Notes: a model not told the origin generated them from the letters alone. A stretch of 64,000 nt of DNA from Entomortierella parvispora E1425 (GCA_020891255.1 BQFW01000013.1:744001-808000), one strand, 5' to 3'; positions 33,382 to 46,371 are shown, numbered from the stretch's first letter. Numbers and translations: made by a program.

Positions 33382-33845
33382 TCTCCCCCCCCCCAACGCA
33401 ATGGATACACGCTCACGACGCGTGTCTTTTCTTTTGTTCAGTCGCGAGAATTCTATCCAATTTTTTTCCTCGCCGTATTTTTGTATATAGCAGTCCCCTC
33501 TCTCCTCTCTCCTCTTTTACATAGATAGAATTAATGGCTCGCGCGCCTCTTTTTGCGGTTGAGGGGGGCTACAAAAAAAAAGAGAAGAGAGAATAGGTAC
33601 CCTCGAGAGCTCATCCCCCGGATGGAACGAGCTTCGGGGGGTGATTCTGTCCTCTCTCTTTTTTTTTCTTCTGTAAATACCTTGGCCTCCCCTTCCATTC
33701 AATAATCGTATAATTATAATATATTAAAGCACAAAAAAATAGAAAACTGTTTGTTTCCTTCCTTGAACGTCAATTGCTCTTTTTGTCTCCTTTCCTTCTC
33801 TCCACTAAAAAAAAAAAAAAAAAGCATGGGCCATTCCCAAAGTAA

Positions 33846-33853
33846 TCACGTGA
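33846..33853 (+). promoter_or_regulatory. RTCACGTG element (ATCACGTGA) upstream of the methyltransferase ATG at 34021
   Basis: Lies 168 nt upstream of ATG 34021. It falls inside the longer ORF extension that starts at ATG 33826. Confidence 0.4.
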
Positions 33854-34020
33854 GCAAGGTTTCTCCACAAAGCTCATTCTTCGCAGACATTCATGCAACC
33901 AACTCTCGCCATTGTCCCAGCTGGAATGCCCTCAGGACCCCGACTGTATTATACGCCACTTGTCCTCTGAATATCACCATAGTACCAACAGAAACAGTGC
34001 CAAGAACCAGACCAGCGACC

Positions 34021-35129
34021 ATGTTGATGATAGAAGGGCCAAAGTTCTCGGGCTTTGATTTTGCTCCTCCGACCAAGGACGAACAAGACAACTCTCTCTC
34101 TCGGCCGTCTATAGGAGAGCCGTTTTATATACGCGGCCACAGGATCTTGCTCCCGCCAAAGGGGCTGTCTCAAGCTGATGGTCTCGCAAAGGATGGCGAC
34201 GCAGAGGAAACAATCTCTCATACTTCAAAAACCGCCAACTCCGTGTGGGATTGCGTAACGTTTTGATGTCTGTCATGAGACGACGCGCGTATGAGCTATC
34301 CGTTAGAAACGTCCTTGGGTCTAAACATGAATGTTTTCTCTTTACTATAGGGCATTCTACTGAGCAAGTACTTGGAAGGGCTTTCGCTTCGAAGGTCAGA
34401 TTTCTGGACTGGGAAACGAGTCCTGGAGCTGGTAATTTCGAATTCTTTTTTTTTCCCACGTCATTTCTCAAGTGCGATATCTTAGTCTCATCGAAAGGTG
34501 CTTTTCCTTGCTCTCAAACGTGTCATCAGGGCGCAGGTCAAGGAATCGTGTCCTTTAGTGCAGCGGCCCTTGGAGCAGAGACTGTGATCATTACGGACGT
34601 GGACTCTGCAGTCAACTCTCTAAAGTCAGGCGCTGAGTTGAATGGATTTCAGGCTCCTCAAGTCATGGTCACAGCCCTGGATTGGACGGACCGCTCAGAA
34701 TCGATTCAACATATACGCGACGACTTGCTTCCCCCATCAGGTTCAGTCGATTACTTGCTGGCATCGGATGTGATCTGGGTGGATTTCTTGGTCCCGTCTC
34801 TAGTTGACACGATTGCAGATTGGATGCAGATCCCTACCCTGAGACGCGACAGTCTAGTGGACAAAGACAACAACCCCAATTCATCTCCACGACAGAGCAA
34901 TCAACACGGAGCAGGCCACCGTCCTGGGAAACCTCCTGTCCTCCTGTTAGCTTATCAATTCCGGTCGACAAGGAGTGATGAGATGCTGTTTGGTTCACTA
35001 GATCAGCTGGGTCTGCAACGTAAAAAGATTGCTCTGGACAGAGTCGACGACAAGGACGAGGATGCTGTTGAATTGGATCCAAAGTTCAGAAGACCCAATC
35101 TATGTATCTGGAAGATATGGAAGTCATGA
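34021..35129 (+). CDS. Protein-lysine N-methyltransferase, METTL21/EFM (Methyltransf_16) family; exons 34021..34254, 34351..34431, 34530..35129 (alternative ATG 33826)
   Basis: Spliced SVWDC-GILLSKYLE...GKRVLEL-GAGQGIVS...VIITD...LDW...DYLLASDVIW matches the class I SAM motifs of this family. Confidence 0.9.
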
Positions 35130-35348
35130 ATAGGCCATCAATTTAAAAACAAGAATCCTTCAGCCAATTTTTTTTCTTTCTTTCTGTGTGTTTTTTGTTT
35201 TATTTGGGCGAAGAGGTAGGTGGTTTTTTGAGTTTTGTACATGAAAAACACACCAAGAGAAGGCACTGTTTGCTTTCGAGCTTTCTTCTCATGATGTATG
35301 TTCCTTTGGGCATTGTTGGTTTTGGTAGCAGCACTCTCCATCAAAATC

Positions 35349-36611
35349 TTATGGCTGGCTCTGGCCCCGACCGCGTCCGCCTCGCATACCACCACGTCCT
35401 CCACGGTCACCTCCGCTGTTATTATATCCTCCTCGACCGCCCGATTTGTTGAAATCACCACGGCCGCCACGACCGCCACCACGACCACCACGGTTGTCTC
35501 CATGATGTCCTCCACGCTCATTTCCGTTGCCTGATCCTCCGCGATTGCTTCGTGCTCCAGCCTGAACTCTTTGCTTTGCGGCATCCTCCTTGACCATATC
35601 AATAATCTCATCTGGTACGCGAAGATATTTAATCTATAGGAGTAAGTCGGGAACAATGAGTGTGTTGGCTTTCTAAGCTTATACTTCACTGTATCCAGAA
35701 TGCACAGCGCAACAAGACTTACAGTGTTGCCTCTGATGTAGCACTCTGTCAAGCGCCAGAAGCGATCACCGTCCTATTAGATCGCCCATGGTGAAAAGTA
35801 AAGAAAGTTAGAGAGAAAGGCCGCCGCAACGTTGAGTACGAGCACAGTGACTTTTGCCAAGTCCTGTCCTGAAACATATCCCGCGTAGCCGATCCAGCTC
35901 AATGGTCTGATCGAACGTTCCATACGCCTTCAATACACAGCTCTCGTCACGATTCGTGACTCCAGCGATATCTCATCCATTCTGCAAATAATCAATGCCC
36001 CAAGGTGCAAGCGTCCACCAAGTCGTCCATTCCTGGATCAAGCAAGTTCTCTGTCCATTGTCCAACTCCTGTTTCCAGCTGTTCAGGACTGGGGTCGTAT
36101 CCTGACTTTGTGATCTAGGGTGACAGGCTCCTGTTGTTGTTGGCTTACCGATGAGGTCTGAATGACTTCGCGCAAGGTCAAGTTCATCCAGTTGTCGCAG
36201 TTGACCAAATGTCCGTTGAAAGTCTCGCCATTCTTCAGCTCCACCAACTATTTTCGGTGAAAAAAAGAAAAAAAAAAAAAAAAAGACGCGAAAGTGGACA
36301 GGTGAGCTTGATGCAATCCTCCTCATTTGTCCTGCATGAATAAGATCCTTTTCTCCACATCCACGAAACGAGTCGTGTGACAGATCGGCCTGTCTCCTCG
36401 ATGGGAATTGCTGGTCCTTACTATTGGGTGCGTCTGCGATGTGGTGAGCAATGATAGAGGTAACTATTACAGACAGGGGAAAAGCAGAGAAGGGGCGGTT
36501 AATGACAACGCACTTGCGGTCGACCTGGCACAGGTTCGTGTTCGTAGTTCCTGACAGAGAAGAAGCGATTATGACATCGCCAGGTCCTGGATGTAGGCGC
36601 TGATTTACCAT
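35349..36611 (-). CDS. LSM4: U6 snRNA-associated Sm-like protein LSm4, 159 aa; exons 36611..36609, 36463..36422, 36247..36149, 35773..35723, 35633..35349
   Basis: [77 protein letters not shown], followed by an RGG-rich tail. The first coding exon is the ATG alone. Confidence 0.97.
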
Positions 36612-36739
36612 GATGCGGTCTCTATGGGGAAGGGTGGTCCAAGAGCAGATAGGGCGAATGGAGATGCGACGAACCAGGGTAGATGAGAGAGAGAGAAGGG
36701 ACACGTCGGAGAAGGCGCGATTGGTGCGGCTGCTACGTG

Positions 36740-36747
36740 CACGTGAT
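36740..36747 (-). promoter_or_regulatory. RTCACGTG element upstream of LSM4
   Basis: ATCACGTG on the sense strand, 129 nt upstream of the ATG. Confidence 0.5.
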
Positions 36748-37187
36748 AGACGCAAAAATTGGTGGCGTTTTGGCACATCTTTTTTTTTTTTTTTTTTTTT
36801 TTTTGGTTTCTGCCGCGTTTGTTGGTACCAGATCGAATGGTATCGTTCAAGAGCAAACCCTGCGCGGGGGGTTTTACCAAGGGTTGTCTCTGTTTTGCTA
36901 CTCGTTCTCCGAAACACAGGGAGAAAAAGCCAAAGGACAAGAGACATCCCTATCTGTTCTGTGCCAGTTCGGGTCATGCACCAGTGGCCGATCTGAATCA
37001 TTCTCTAGACGCGTTTGTCAACATGGCGACTCTACAAAACTCGGTCTCTTCTCTCGGTCTTTGGTTTTCTCTTTTTTACTTTCTCTGTTCTTTTTCTGCT
37101 CTTTCACCTCAATTCCTTCCACCCATTGAAGTCTTCTTTAGCACCTGCTATCACTCACAACCGCTTCCTTGAATATTTAGTCCCACC

Positions 37188-38404
37188 ATGTCGAACGTTA
37201 AAGGCTGGTGTGTCCAGAGTCTTGCCGAGTTCATCGGTACCGCCATGTACATGTACCTCGCTATTGGAGGTGCCGACTCTGTCACCCGCGGAGTCACCGG
37301 TACAGCGTAAGTTTGTTTGCCCAAGTTCACCAAACATCAATATTACGACATGATATGGCGAGCTCACGCGAGAACGGCTTCTGTCTTTTCATTCTATAGA
37401 AGCAGCTTGGGCCAGGCTTTTGCCTTTGGCTTCGGTCTATTGGTTACCGCCTGGGCTTTCTTCCGTATTTCGGGTGCCCAATTTAACCCCGCCGTCACCC
37501 TGTCCGCTTTGATCACCGGACACATCTCCGTCCCCAAGGCGGCCCTCTACGTCATCTCCCAGCTTCTGGGTGCTATGCTTGGTGTTGCATTGGTCCGCGG
37601 AACCACCCCCTCAACCGAGAGCATCGGTCAAGTCAACGCGCTCGTAAGTCTACGCACGAAATTTGTTCTAAACTCGAGAAACCCACAAAGAACGACAAAA
37701 ATTTTAATACCTTCTTTTCTTCTCTCTTTTTCTTTGCTGACAGAACAACGGTGAGAGCATCGCTCGTGGTTTCTTCCTCGAGTTCTTCTTGACCACCATT
37801 CTCTGCTTCGTGTATCACTTGGTTGTCCATGAGAAGAACCGCTCCACCTTCATGGCCGCTCTCCCCTACGGTTTGACCATCTTCTCTTGCCACTTGTTCG
37901 CCACCCGTTACACGAACGCTTCGATCAACCCTGCTCGTGCCTTCGGCACGTCGATCGCTGCTCGCAGCTTCGCGCGCGAGCACTGGATCTACTGGTTCGG
38001 GTAAGAAATAATAGTTCTTTAGCACGTCGTTTGATCTTTGCTTTGTGCGACCACCAACGGTTCAATTTCGTTCAACGTGCTTGTTGTCACGATCAACAAC
38101 GCGACGCGATATTAATTTTCTTCATTTCCGGTTTCCATTTGTTAGACCTCTCTGCGGTGCTATCTTGGCTGCTGCCTTGTACATCCTCTTCCGCTTCGTG
38201 GATTATGACCAGTACAGCGCCGGCATTGATGCCGAGAACGAGGCCCAGTACCAGCGTGCCCAGGCTGCCGTCCACGGTGGTTCCAACATGACCAATAGCA
38301 ACAACAACCAGGTCAATTACAATGACCAGTACAACAGCAATGTTGGTAACGCCTATGTCAACCGTGGACCCGACGGTACGACCACGACCACCAATGCCTA
38401 CTAA
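37188..38404 (+). CDS. Aquaporin (MIP family), orthodox water-channel type, 4 exons
   Basis: LAEFIGT, ISGAQFNPAVT and NASINPARAFG give two NPA motifs. The ar/R filter reads F/H/A/R by alignment to AQP1 positions. Confidence 0.95.
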
Positions 38405-39339
38405 ATAAGTACGCACACTGCGTGAAGATGGATCGCTAGTGACTCTGCGATAAGAATGTACATAGCACAATAGTAAATCATAATCATAATCGTAATAAAA
38501 AGCCAATGGACATTTGGCATGCTCTCTTTCTCCCCTTGCAAGACATGGAAACAAACAGGGGCCTCATCACAAAAAAGGAATTCCGCTGTGGTCCTGTTTA
38601 CTTTGCAGAAGCTTAGACCACGTTTTTTTTCATTCTCGGCCTGCATGTGCATGCGTACCGATGCTCTGTGCCATGCGGCCACTAACCGCCGACAGGGCGA
38701 TGTTTTCGAGGGGGTAGAGACAGGGAGGTTCAATCCCTTAGTTTTCAGCTTGTGGACTTTCTTGTGTTGGAAGAAAGTTTAAAATGGACCATCCCAATGG
38801 ATGCTGATTGCAAAACGACATAAAAAAACAATTGAAGGGCGAAGAGAGAGAGAGAGAAAGAGAGGGCTGGCAGATCTCGCTTCGCGTCCCCACTCCTGTT
38901 TCTTCTTTCTCCTCAATCTTCTTTTTTGGTGCCGAATGAATAGGTGGCTTGAGATGTCTTTAAAGGAGACTGGGATCCCGGCCATTTGCTGGTAGCCCTT
39001 TTTTGTGGTTTTTTGCGTGAATTATTAAAAGCACCAGGGAAGGGGGCACTATGTCCCAGACCTAGACGTGCGCGTGTGCAGTGATGAGCGCTGGGTACGA
39101 GAGAAAGAGAGCAAGCGCTTGTATGACTGAGAGAGCTTGAGAGAGAGACAGAGAACCAAGGTACGGGGGTGGGAAGCACGGAGTCAGGGATGCGTCCTCA
39201 GACATCAAGAGCAAAGTGTTCGCTATTGTCCAGGATACATCTGTTTCTTGGAGTCCTGGACGCCATCATTATTTTCGTTGCCGCTATGCAAGGCATACAG
39301 ACGGTACTCATTATTATGGAAAGAAGGGGCAGGTCTATC

Positions 39340-39345
39340 TATAAA
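39340..39345 (+). promoter_or_regulatory. TATA box upstream of LPMO-like gene 1
   Basis: TATAAA followed by a roughly 150-nt pyrimidine tract and then the ATG at 39602. Confidence 0.45.
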
Positions 39346-39601
39346 GCGAGAGATGACTTTTTCTTTTCTCCTCTTTTCTCTTGTTTTCTTGCCTCCACCA
39401 GTGTTCCTTCTCTTTCTCTCGTTCTCAAACCCTTGTCATATTTCCTGCTACCTATTTAACATCCACTCCTTTCCCAGTTTCCGACTTTTCTGTCCCGTCT
39501 CTCTGTCCTCTGCACCTGAAAAAGCACAATAACACCTGTCAAAACCATCCACGAATCTACGCCACAAAGCGCCACATCCCCCTCATTTTTTTCTTTACAT
39601 A

Positions 39602-40666
39602 ATGTTCTCCGCATGGCTTCAATGCCTGGCGCTGATGGTCTTGGCCCTGATTCCCACTCTTCCGTTGACGAACGCCCACATGGCCATGCTCTTTCCACCT
39701 CCCCGTGGCGGTTGGGGAACTGCCCAATTTGACTGGAAGATTCACACGTTCATTGGCTACAACGGCTTCAAGTTCCCTTGTGGTGGTTACAAGAAGGGAA
39801 AGGTTACACGTAAGTTTCCACCCCGTTCAGCTCCCAAAAGGGGGTGGCGTATGGGGTTTTAAGCATCGAGGGCTCTTTATTAAGAAACCAGCTCTTTTTC
39901 TTTCTGCCCCTTTGTTTTTCCAAATATATCATTCCTCCTCTAGCAATGAAGGCTGGCGACATCATCCCAGTCCGCTTCTGGACGTCTGATATGACATACA
40001 GTCAGCACATCACGGAGCTGCCAAAGAAATCCTACAACGAGGCTCGTCATGGTGGTGGACTGTGCGAGTTCTCGTTGAGTTATGACGGAGGCAAGTCCTT
40101 CCGTGTCATTGCCACCTACACCAAGACATGTCCCGATGTTTTGTTCAAATGGCCCGTCAGAATTCCCGACAATGTTCCTTCCTGCAAGAAATCAGGTATG
40201 TGGAAGATAAACGATAATGATGGCGTTTCATACAAGTGACATGCAGACCGGTCATGGCTAAAAAAAAAATCTCTTCAACGACTTGCGATCCGTGTTTCGA
40301 TGCAAAATCATCCCTTTTGGTGCTTTAGGTGAATGTCTGTTCTCCTGGAGCTGGACTTCGGCCTTGGTGCCACAGTACTACCACAAGTAGGTCAAAAATA
40401 CTTTAATGCCTTTGCCTGACCTTCAAAGGAAGAAGCGAAAGCACCTGTCCTGTTCTATATCTGACTTTTTTTTGCGATTCCTTTCTAGTTGCGCGGATGT
40501 GACGATTGAGGGAAAAGCAAACGGCAGGTTGCCCAGCAAAAAGATGCAAGTTTACAACTTCAAGGGATACAAGCAAAAGACCTTCCCTGGCGATGGTCGC
40601 TCGCACAGCCCTGGATCTGGACCGATCAAGAGCGAGATCGTGGCCAACACGAGGAAATGGATCTAG
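39602..40666 (+). CDS. Secreted His-brace protein, AA11-like lytic polysaccharide monooxygenase candidate, 231 aa; exons 39602..39809, 39944..40195, 40329..40386, 40489..40666
   Basis: A 25-aa signal peptide ending LTNA, then H1 (HMAMLFPPPRG), FPC, ARH80GGGLCEFSLSYD, TCP, CLFSWSW and Q144-Y-Y146-H-N-C149-ADV. Six Cys. All splice phases are consistent. Confidence 0.8.
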
Positions 40667-41054
40667 TCCATTTAGACCAAAGGGTTAATCATAGGTCACT
40701 CTCTATAGTCATCCAGCCATTTGCCAATATATCTATAATAGCAAGGACCTTCTAGACTCGATCTCCTCTCTCTCTCTTGCTCTCCACAATGTCAAAAGTG
40801 ATCGACAGGGACTGACCGACATCCACACAGGGGCCGAGAGAGCAACGGCCAGCGGCTCTTTCCTGCCCGTGGACACAAAGTCAAATATCACGCGCCAATT
40901 GATCGGTCCGTACATAGGCGGCTCACAGGGGGAAGCGGACCCCTGCGTCCACCTGGCTGCATCCGCATTCATCCTCTACTCTTCTCTCTTTTATTCCCAC
41001 CCTCATCAACCTCATCCCTCGGACGACATCGCCCTCCATCAAGGATTCATCGCA

Positions 41055-42303
41055 ATGCAGAGCACCCGTTTCACTCAGATTTTCGCCAGAGCTAGACCAG
41101 CCATCAGACCGCAATGGATGCAAAAGTCCTCGATGGCCCCTGCAGTCACCCCATTTGTCATTCGTGCCTACTCCTCGGCGCCTCGTTCTGTATCCTTCAA
41201 GAAGGATGAGAACTCGCCCGAGGTCGCCATCATAACTCTGCACCAGAGCGCTTTCAGCCACGAGACTTCAAAAGAATTGATCAAGGTCAGGGCAGTCAGA
41301 CTGGACTTTTTCAAAGGAGCTGTTTTATTTGTTGGTCATCCCTCTAACCAGTCGCTCCCAATCAATTGGATCTTAAACCTGTTCATAGGAGTGGAAAACA
41401 ATGGAGCAGGATCAGTCCATCCGTGCCGTCATTTTGAAGAGCGATCTCAAGTCCATCTTTTGCGCCGGTATCGATTTTAAAGAGTTCCTCAAGGGTCCCG
41501 AGAGGTAAAGAAATGATGTTTTTTTATATTCCCAGCAACAGTAGGGCTGCAGTTATCTCTGCGGCCCTTTTTTTTCTTCTTGTGGCGCGTTGCCTGTGGG
41601 GTGCGGGGGGTCGACGGTTCATTGGACAGGGCCCTGTCTACCCCTTGGAATACTTACCGACAAGTGTGTCCAGTGTGTTGACGAAACGGCGAAAGGCTAA
41701 CCGATTCTCTTTTTTTGCTGCTGTGTTAGTTTTGCGGACTATTGGCGATCGATTCGAGAGGTATTTGAGATAATCTATAGCTCCCGTCTCAACACCGCCG
41801 CATCCATGCACGGTCACAGCCTCGGACTTGGATGTGTCCTGGGAATGGCTTGTCAGGACCGGTTCATGGTCGGAAATACGGCCAAGCCTGCAACTATTGG
41901 ATTGAACGAGGTTGCTGTGGGTGTTCCCGTGCCCCACTGGTTGGTCAACTTGTTTGCAGAGATTACATCCCGTCGCCATGCAGAGCGCTTCTTGCCCATG
42001 GGACGTATTCTATCCGTTCAGGAGGCGGCTTCTATTGGACTTGTGGATAAGGTCGACTTTTCGTCTCAGGAGGAAATGGACGAGTTTGTGGTCAAGTACT
42101 TGGTCGGACGTAGCAAGTCTCCCAGAGTCGCTCAGACAGAGACCATGGCAGTGATTCGCAGAGACTTTTTGGAGGCTTTCAGAGCCTCGGCAGAGGAGGA
42201 TGTGGCGACCATCACAAAGTACGTCCAGGAGGAAGAAGCCCAGACCATTTTGAAGGACCAGCTTGCCCGCTTGGCCAGCAAGTCCAAGGCGAAGACCAAC
42301 TAA
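41055..42303 (+). CDS. ECI1: Mitochondrial enoyl-CoA delta-isomerase (crotonase superfamily), 3 exons
   Basis: An Arg/Ser-rich presequence, then IFCAGIDFKE, HGHSLGLGCVLGMACQDR, IGLNEVAVG and EAASIGLVD. Confidence 0.88.
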
Positions 42304-42572
42304 GGAAGGAGAGTTGATCGCGATCTGATATGGCGGCCGCTGAATAAAAATCTTTTTCATGATCCACAGCCATGTACCATGACATAGTTGGCAGTCACCG
42401 TCAATTTTTTTTTTCTGCGGGCGACTAAACCACTTAATTTTTTTTCCATGGAGAGGTACTTTTTCTTCCTCCTCCCATTCTTTGTTTCTCATTCTTCTCT
42501 TACTCTTCCGCACCACACTCCCCTTTCTCCTCCACCTCTTTCGGTTGCCCATACTCCCACACATAGCCACGA

Positions 42573-44393
42573 ATGCCACGAAGAAACAGCATAGAGTTGG
42601 CAGCTATGCCATCGAGTCCTCGCAGCTCAACACACTCTGCTCGATCGGTCCAGAAAGTGGGCAGCATCTCCAAGCTCCCCTCCTTCCAGTCCGACAAACA
42701 GCTCCTCAACCCCGAACCTGACTTGAAGCGTGGCCTGAAGGCTCGCCACTTGTCCATGATCTCTATTGCAGGAACCATTGGCACGGGTCTGTTCTTGGCC
42801 TCGGGTGCCTCCATTGCCCAGGCGGGACCCCTCGGCGCCTTGATTGCCTACGCAATGATCGGTTCCATGGTCTACACCTTGATGGGAAGTCTGGGCGAGA
42901 TGGCCACTCTGATTCCCACGGCCGGATCCTTCAATACCTACGCTGCCCGCTTTGTGGATCCCGCCCTTGGATTCGGTAAGTTGACTCACTTCATGGGGCA
43001 ATTAAGGTGCTAGACAGTCGATCCTCCACATGACTGTAACACGCTACCCAGGCAACAAACAAACAAACAAACAAACAACAGCAAAAAGGCCAAACACTGA
43101 TCCAAACTCGGCGTGTGTTCTTCTCCTTTTTTAGCTCTCGGTATCAACTACTTCCTGAACTGGGCCGTTACGGTCGCTGTCGAGATTGCCGCCGCCGCCA
43201 TGATTCTCCAGTTCTGGGTCTCGCCCACATTGCTCCCCAGTTGGGTTTGGAGTGCCATTTTCCTGGTCTTCATGGTCTTTGTGAACATCCTCTCGGTCCG
43301 TGCCTACGGTGAGGCCGAGTACTGGTTCTCAGTTGTCAAGGTCTTGACCGTCATCATCTTCATCATTGTCGGTGTCTTGGTTGATGCCGGAGTGGTGGGC
43401 GGTGACAAGATCGGGTTCCGGAACTGGCAGTTGGAAGGCGCTCCTATTGTGGATGGCTTTGGAGGTATCCTCGGTGTCTTCTTGGTGGCTGGATTCTCTT
43501 TCCAGGGAACAGAGTTGATCGGTATCGCCGCAGGAGAGAGTGAGAACCCTCGCAAGAACGTCCCCAAGGCCATCAAGCAGGTCTTTTGGCGCATTCTCCT
43601 TTTCTACATCATCTCGATTTTCATCATTGGTCTTGTCATCCCCTACAACGACCCCCTGTTGCTCAACAGTGGCAGTGTCGACAAGTCCGCCATTGCCGTC
43701 TCCCCCTTCACCTTGGTCCTCCAGAAGGCCTTCGCGCCTGCTTCCAACATCATGAACGCCGTCATTCTCATCACTGTTCTCTCGGCTGGAAACTCTGGAA
43801 TGTACGCTTCCACACGTACCTTGTTCATGTTGGCTCGCGACGGAAAGGCGCCCGCCATCTTTGGCCGTGTCAACGCTCGCGGTATCCCCATGCAGTCCTT
43901 GGCCTTTACAACCTTGATCTCAGCCCTCTCCTTTTGCTGCTCGCTCTTTGGCTCGGGAGAAGTCTATAACTGGTTGTTGAACATCTCTTCCATTTCAGGT
44001 TTCATTGCCTGGTTGGGTATCGCTCTCTCCCACTTCCGTTTCCGCCGTGCTTACATTGCCCAGGGAGGCGACGTCTCGCGTTTGCCTTACAAGGCTGCGC
44101 TCTTCCCTTTCGGACCCCTCTATGCCTTGCTCCTCTGCTCGATCGTTATTTGCGGTCAGGGATACTCTGAATTCACCAAGCCCGACCCCAGTGCCATCAA
44201 CCTGATTGCCTGTTACATTGGTCTTCCCTTCTTTATCATCCTGTACGTCGGTTACAAGGTTTACTACAAGACCAAGTTGGTTCCTTTGATGGAGTGCGAC
44301 TTTAGTGTCTCCAACTTGGAAGATGGAGACATTGACGAGTTCCATGAGCTCTACGAGCCCAGCAAGAACCAGGCTGACGAGAAGGACCAATAA
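42573..44393 (+). CDS. Amino-acid permease (APC superfamily, YAT/LysP-Can1-like); exons 42573..42975, 43135..44393
   Basis: LKRGLKARHLSMISIAGTIGTGLFL, GEMAT, FVDPALGF, YGEAEYWFS, SFQGTELIGIAAGESENP, NAVIL...SAGNS. Twelve TM-like stretches. Confidence 0.96.
43056..43077. repeat. (CAAA)n intronic tandem repeat
   Basis: About 5 units, read directly in the permease intron. Confidence 0.8.
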
Positions 44394-44756
44394 GTCAATG
44401 TACATCATATCATCAAGTATTTCAGAATCTGTCTTTCGACCGTTTGGTATCCCACTTTGTATAATAAACCCCACCCTTGAAAGCAACGAAACGGCGATCC
44501 ACAACGTGTGTCTTGCATTCTATACTTTGGCCGTATTTTCGCCCTGGAGTGCCATCTCCAGAGAAGGGACATACTTCCCCACAGATAGCGAGCGCGTGTA
44601 TTTTTTTTCATTCCAGGGTTGAGAGCCGTGCTCCTCCGCGTCCATGAGTCATGACTGCGATCTGAACCAACTCCCTTTCCTTCCTTGCATGTATTTCGTT
44701 CAAAAATCGGAGAATTTATTATGGTACAAGTACAAAAAAAAAAAAAAAAAAAAAGC

Positions 44757-45743
44757 TTACAGCTTGGCGCCTCCAAGTTCTTTGGCAAGGGTACGACTTC
44801 TGGCGTCAGCAGCGGCCACTCCCTTCTGAACCAGCTCACGGAAGCCACCCGCCTCAAAGGCCTTGATGGCAGCATCGGTGGTGCCTTGAGGAGAAGTGAC
44901 CTTGATCCGCAAGGTCTTGAGATCGTCCGTGCTCAACTGGGCCATCTTGGCCGCACCCAAGCAGGTCTGGATCGTCAAGGCCTTTGCAGTTTCCCGATCC
45001 ATGCCAAGAGCCACACCGGCCTCTTCCATGGCCTCCATCATCAAAAAGAAGTAAGCGGGTCCTGATCCAGAGATGCCCGTAACAGTGTCGATCAAGGACT
45101 CGGATTCGACCCAAGAGACTTGTTTCGAGACTGCAGCCATCAAGGACTCGGCCACCTGTCGATGTTCCAACGTAGCATCTGCGGTCGCGTACATTCCTGC
45201 AGCGCCCTCCAGGACCAAAGCGGGGGTGTTGGGCATGACTCTGATGACGGGAGGAAGATTTACAGAGGCACAGCCTTCTGGCAATCCTGAGGCCATGAAC
45301 CGAGTGATGGCGCTGGTTTCGATTCCGGCTGCAATCGAGATGACTAGAGGCGAACGGGATCGGATGGTTTCGGCAAGATCCTCGACCACGGATCTCAAGA
45401 CCTGGGGTTTGACGGCCAAGATGACGACCTGGGCGGGTGAGAAATCGGCAGAGGCCGCTGTTGGGTTGACCTGAACGGATCCGCTGGTGATCAGGGAAGA
45501 GGTATCGTCCGATGAAGTCGATCCATTGACGGCCAGGTGGTTGGCATAGGGTCCTGAGAGGGTCTGGAGTCCGGGGTATTTGGATTGAAGGAATTGACAG
45601 CGATCTTGGATGGGTTCTGAGACGACACATTGGGAGAGAGGGTATCCACAGGCGAGGAGTCCACCGAGGATGGCTTCGGCCATGTTGCCTCCGCCGATGA
45701 AGGCGAGTCTTGCGTGTTGTTGTTGTTGCTGAATCTGGGTCAT
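44757..45743 (-). CDS. PRO3: Pyrroline-5-carboxylate reductase, intronless, 328 aa
   Basis: FIGGGNMAEAI, VILAVKPQ, ISIAAG, RVMPNTPA, TGISGSGPAYFF, VTSPQGTT. Confidence 0.97.
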   Translation of the reverse strand: MTQIQQQQQHARLAFIGGGNMAEAILGGLLACGYPLSQCVVSEPIQDRCQFLQSKYPGLQTLSGPYANHLAVNGSTSSDDTSSLITSGSVQVNPTAASADFSPAQVVILAVKPQVLRSVVEDLAETIRSRSPLVISIAAGIETSAITRFMASGLPEGCASVNLPPVIRVMPNTPALVLEGAAGMYATADATLEHRQVAESLMAAVSKQVSWVESESLIDTVTGISGSGPAYFFLMMEAMEEAGVALGMDRETAKALTIQTCLGAAKMAQLSTDDLKTLRIKVTSPQGTTDAAIKAFEAGGFRELVQKGVAAADARSRTLAKELGGAKL

Positions 45744-46031
45744 TGTTGACGTATATTATCCTGTCAAGGAAGAGGAAGAGGAGGAGGAGATGAGTAGGAT
45801 GAAAAGGTGAAGAAGAGATAAAAAAGAGAGAGATGAATGAACGAAGGTTTATGTGAGCCACAGCGGCCCCTTTTCAACTGTCTGTCGTGTCTCGATCGGT
45901 GCGACCGAAAGATTAAAAAAAAAAGTCCTTGTGTCCAGAAGCGTTGACTCGAAGTGGATCTGTCCTGCGGGGCTGGCTGCGGGTTGGAGTCTTGGGAGGG
46001 AGACGACGGCAAAGTCAGTCACAGTCAACTG

Positions 46032-46039
46032 ATCACGTG
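46032..46039 (+). promoter_or_regulatory. RTCACGTG element in the PRO3 / hypothetical-gene divergent promoter
   Basis: ATCACGTG about 290 nt from the PRO3 ATG and about 330 nt from ATG 46372. Confidence 0.4.
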
Positions 46040-46371
46040 CATAAGTGTCTGTCAGTCTGTCAGTCAGTTAGTCGCCACTGCAGACGCACTCGCTTTCACT
46101 TCCTCACATTGTCCTTCCTCTTTTCTCTCGAAGCACACGCACACAGCATTACCCCCATGTTCACACCCGCTCTCTCTTGAGTCCTCCATCGTAACGGCTT
46201 CCCACAGGCTGTCCATTGTCTGCCCGCTTGGACCAGCTCCCTTGTCTGATGTCCTTTCCTCTTTTTTTCGAACTCTCTTCGCCTTTCAGCTCAATTGCAC
46301 TTTTTTTATTTTTTTTTTATTTTTTACCTTTTTGAAACCCCTTCTCCCTCTCTTTCTCCTTTTGCCGAACA

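Noticed and set aside
35973-37001. 342-aa minus-strand ORF overlapping LSM4
   Set aside because: It runs through LSM4 introns and homopolymer tracts (poly-K/poly-F) in a frame that does not give the conserved protein. The spliced LSM4 explains the locus.
38723-38738. GGAGG-TTCAATC-CCT, resembling a tRNA T-arm
   Set aside because: No D-arm, anticodon arm or acceptor stem can be built from the flanks.
42573-45743. Amino-acid permease convergent with PRO3 as a possible proline/arginine gene cluster
   Set aside because: Only two genes, permease specificity unknown, convergent orientation with no shared promoter. Adjacency alone is weak evidence.
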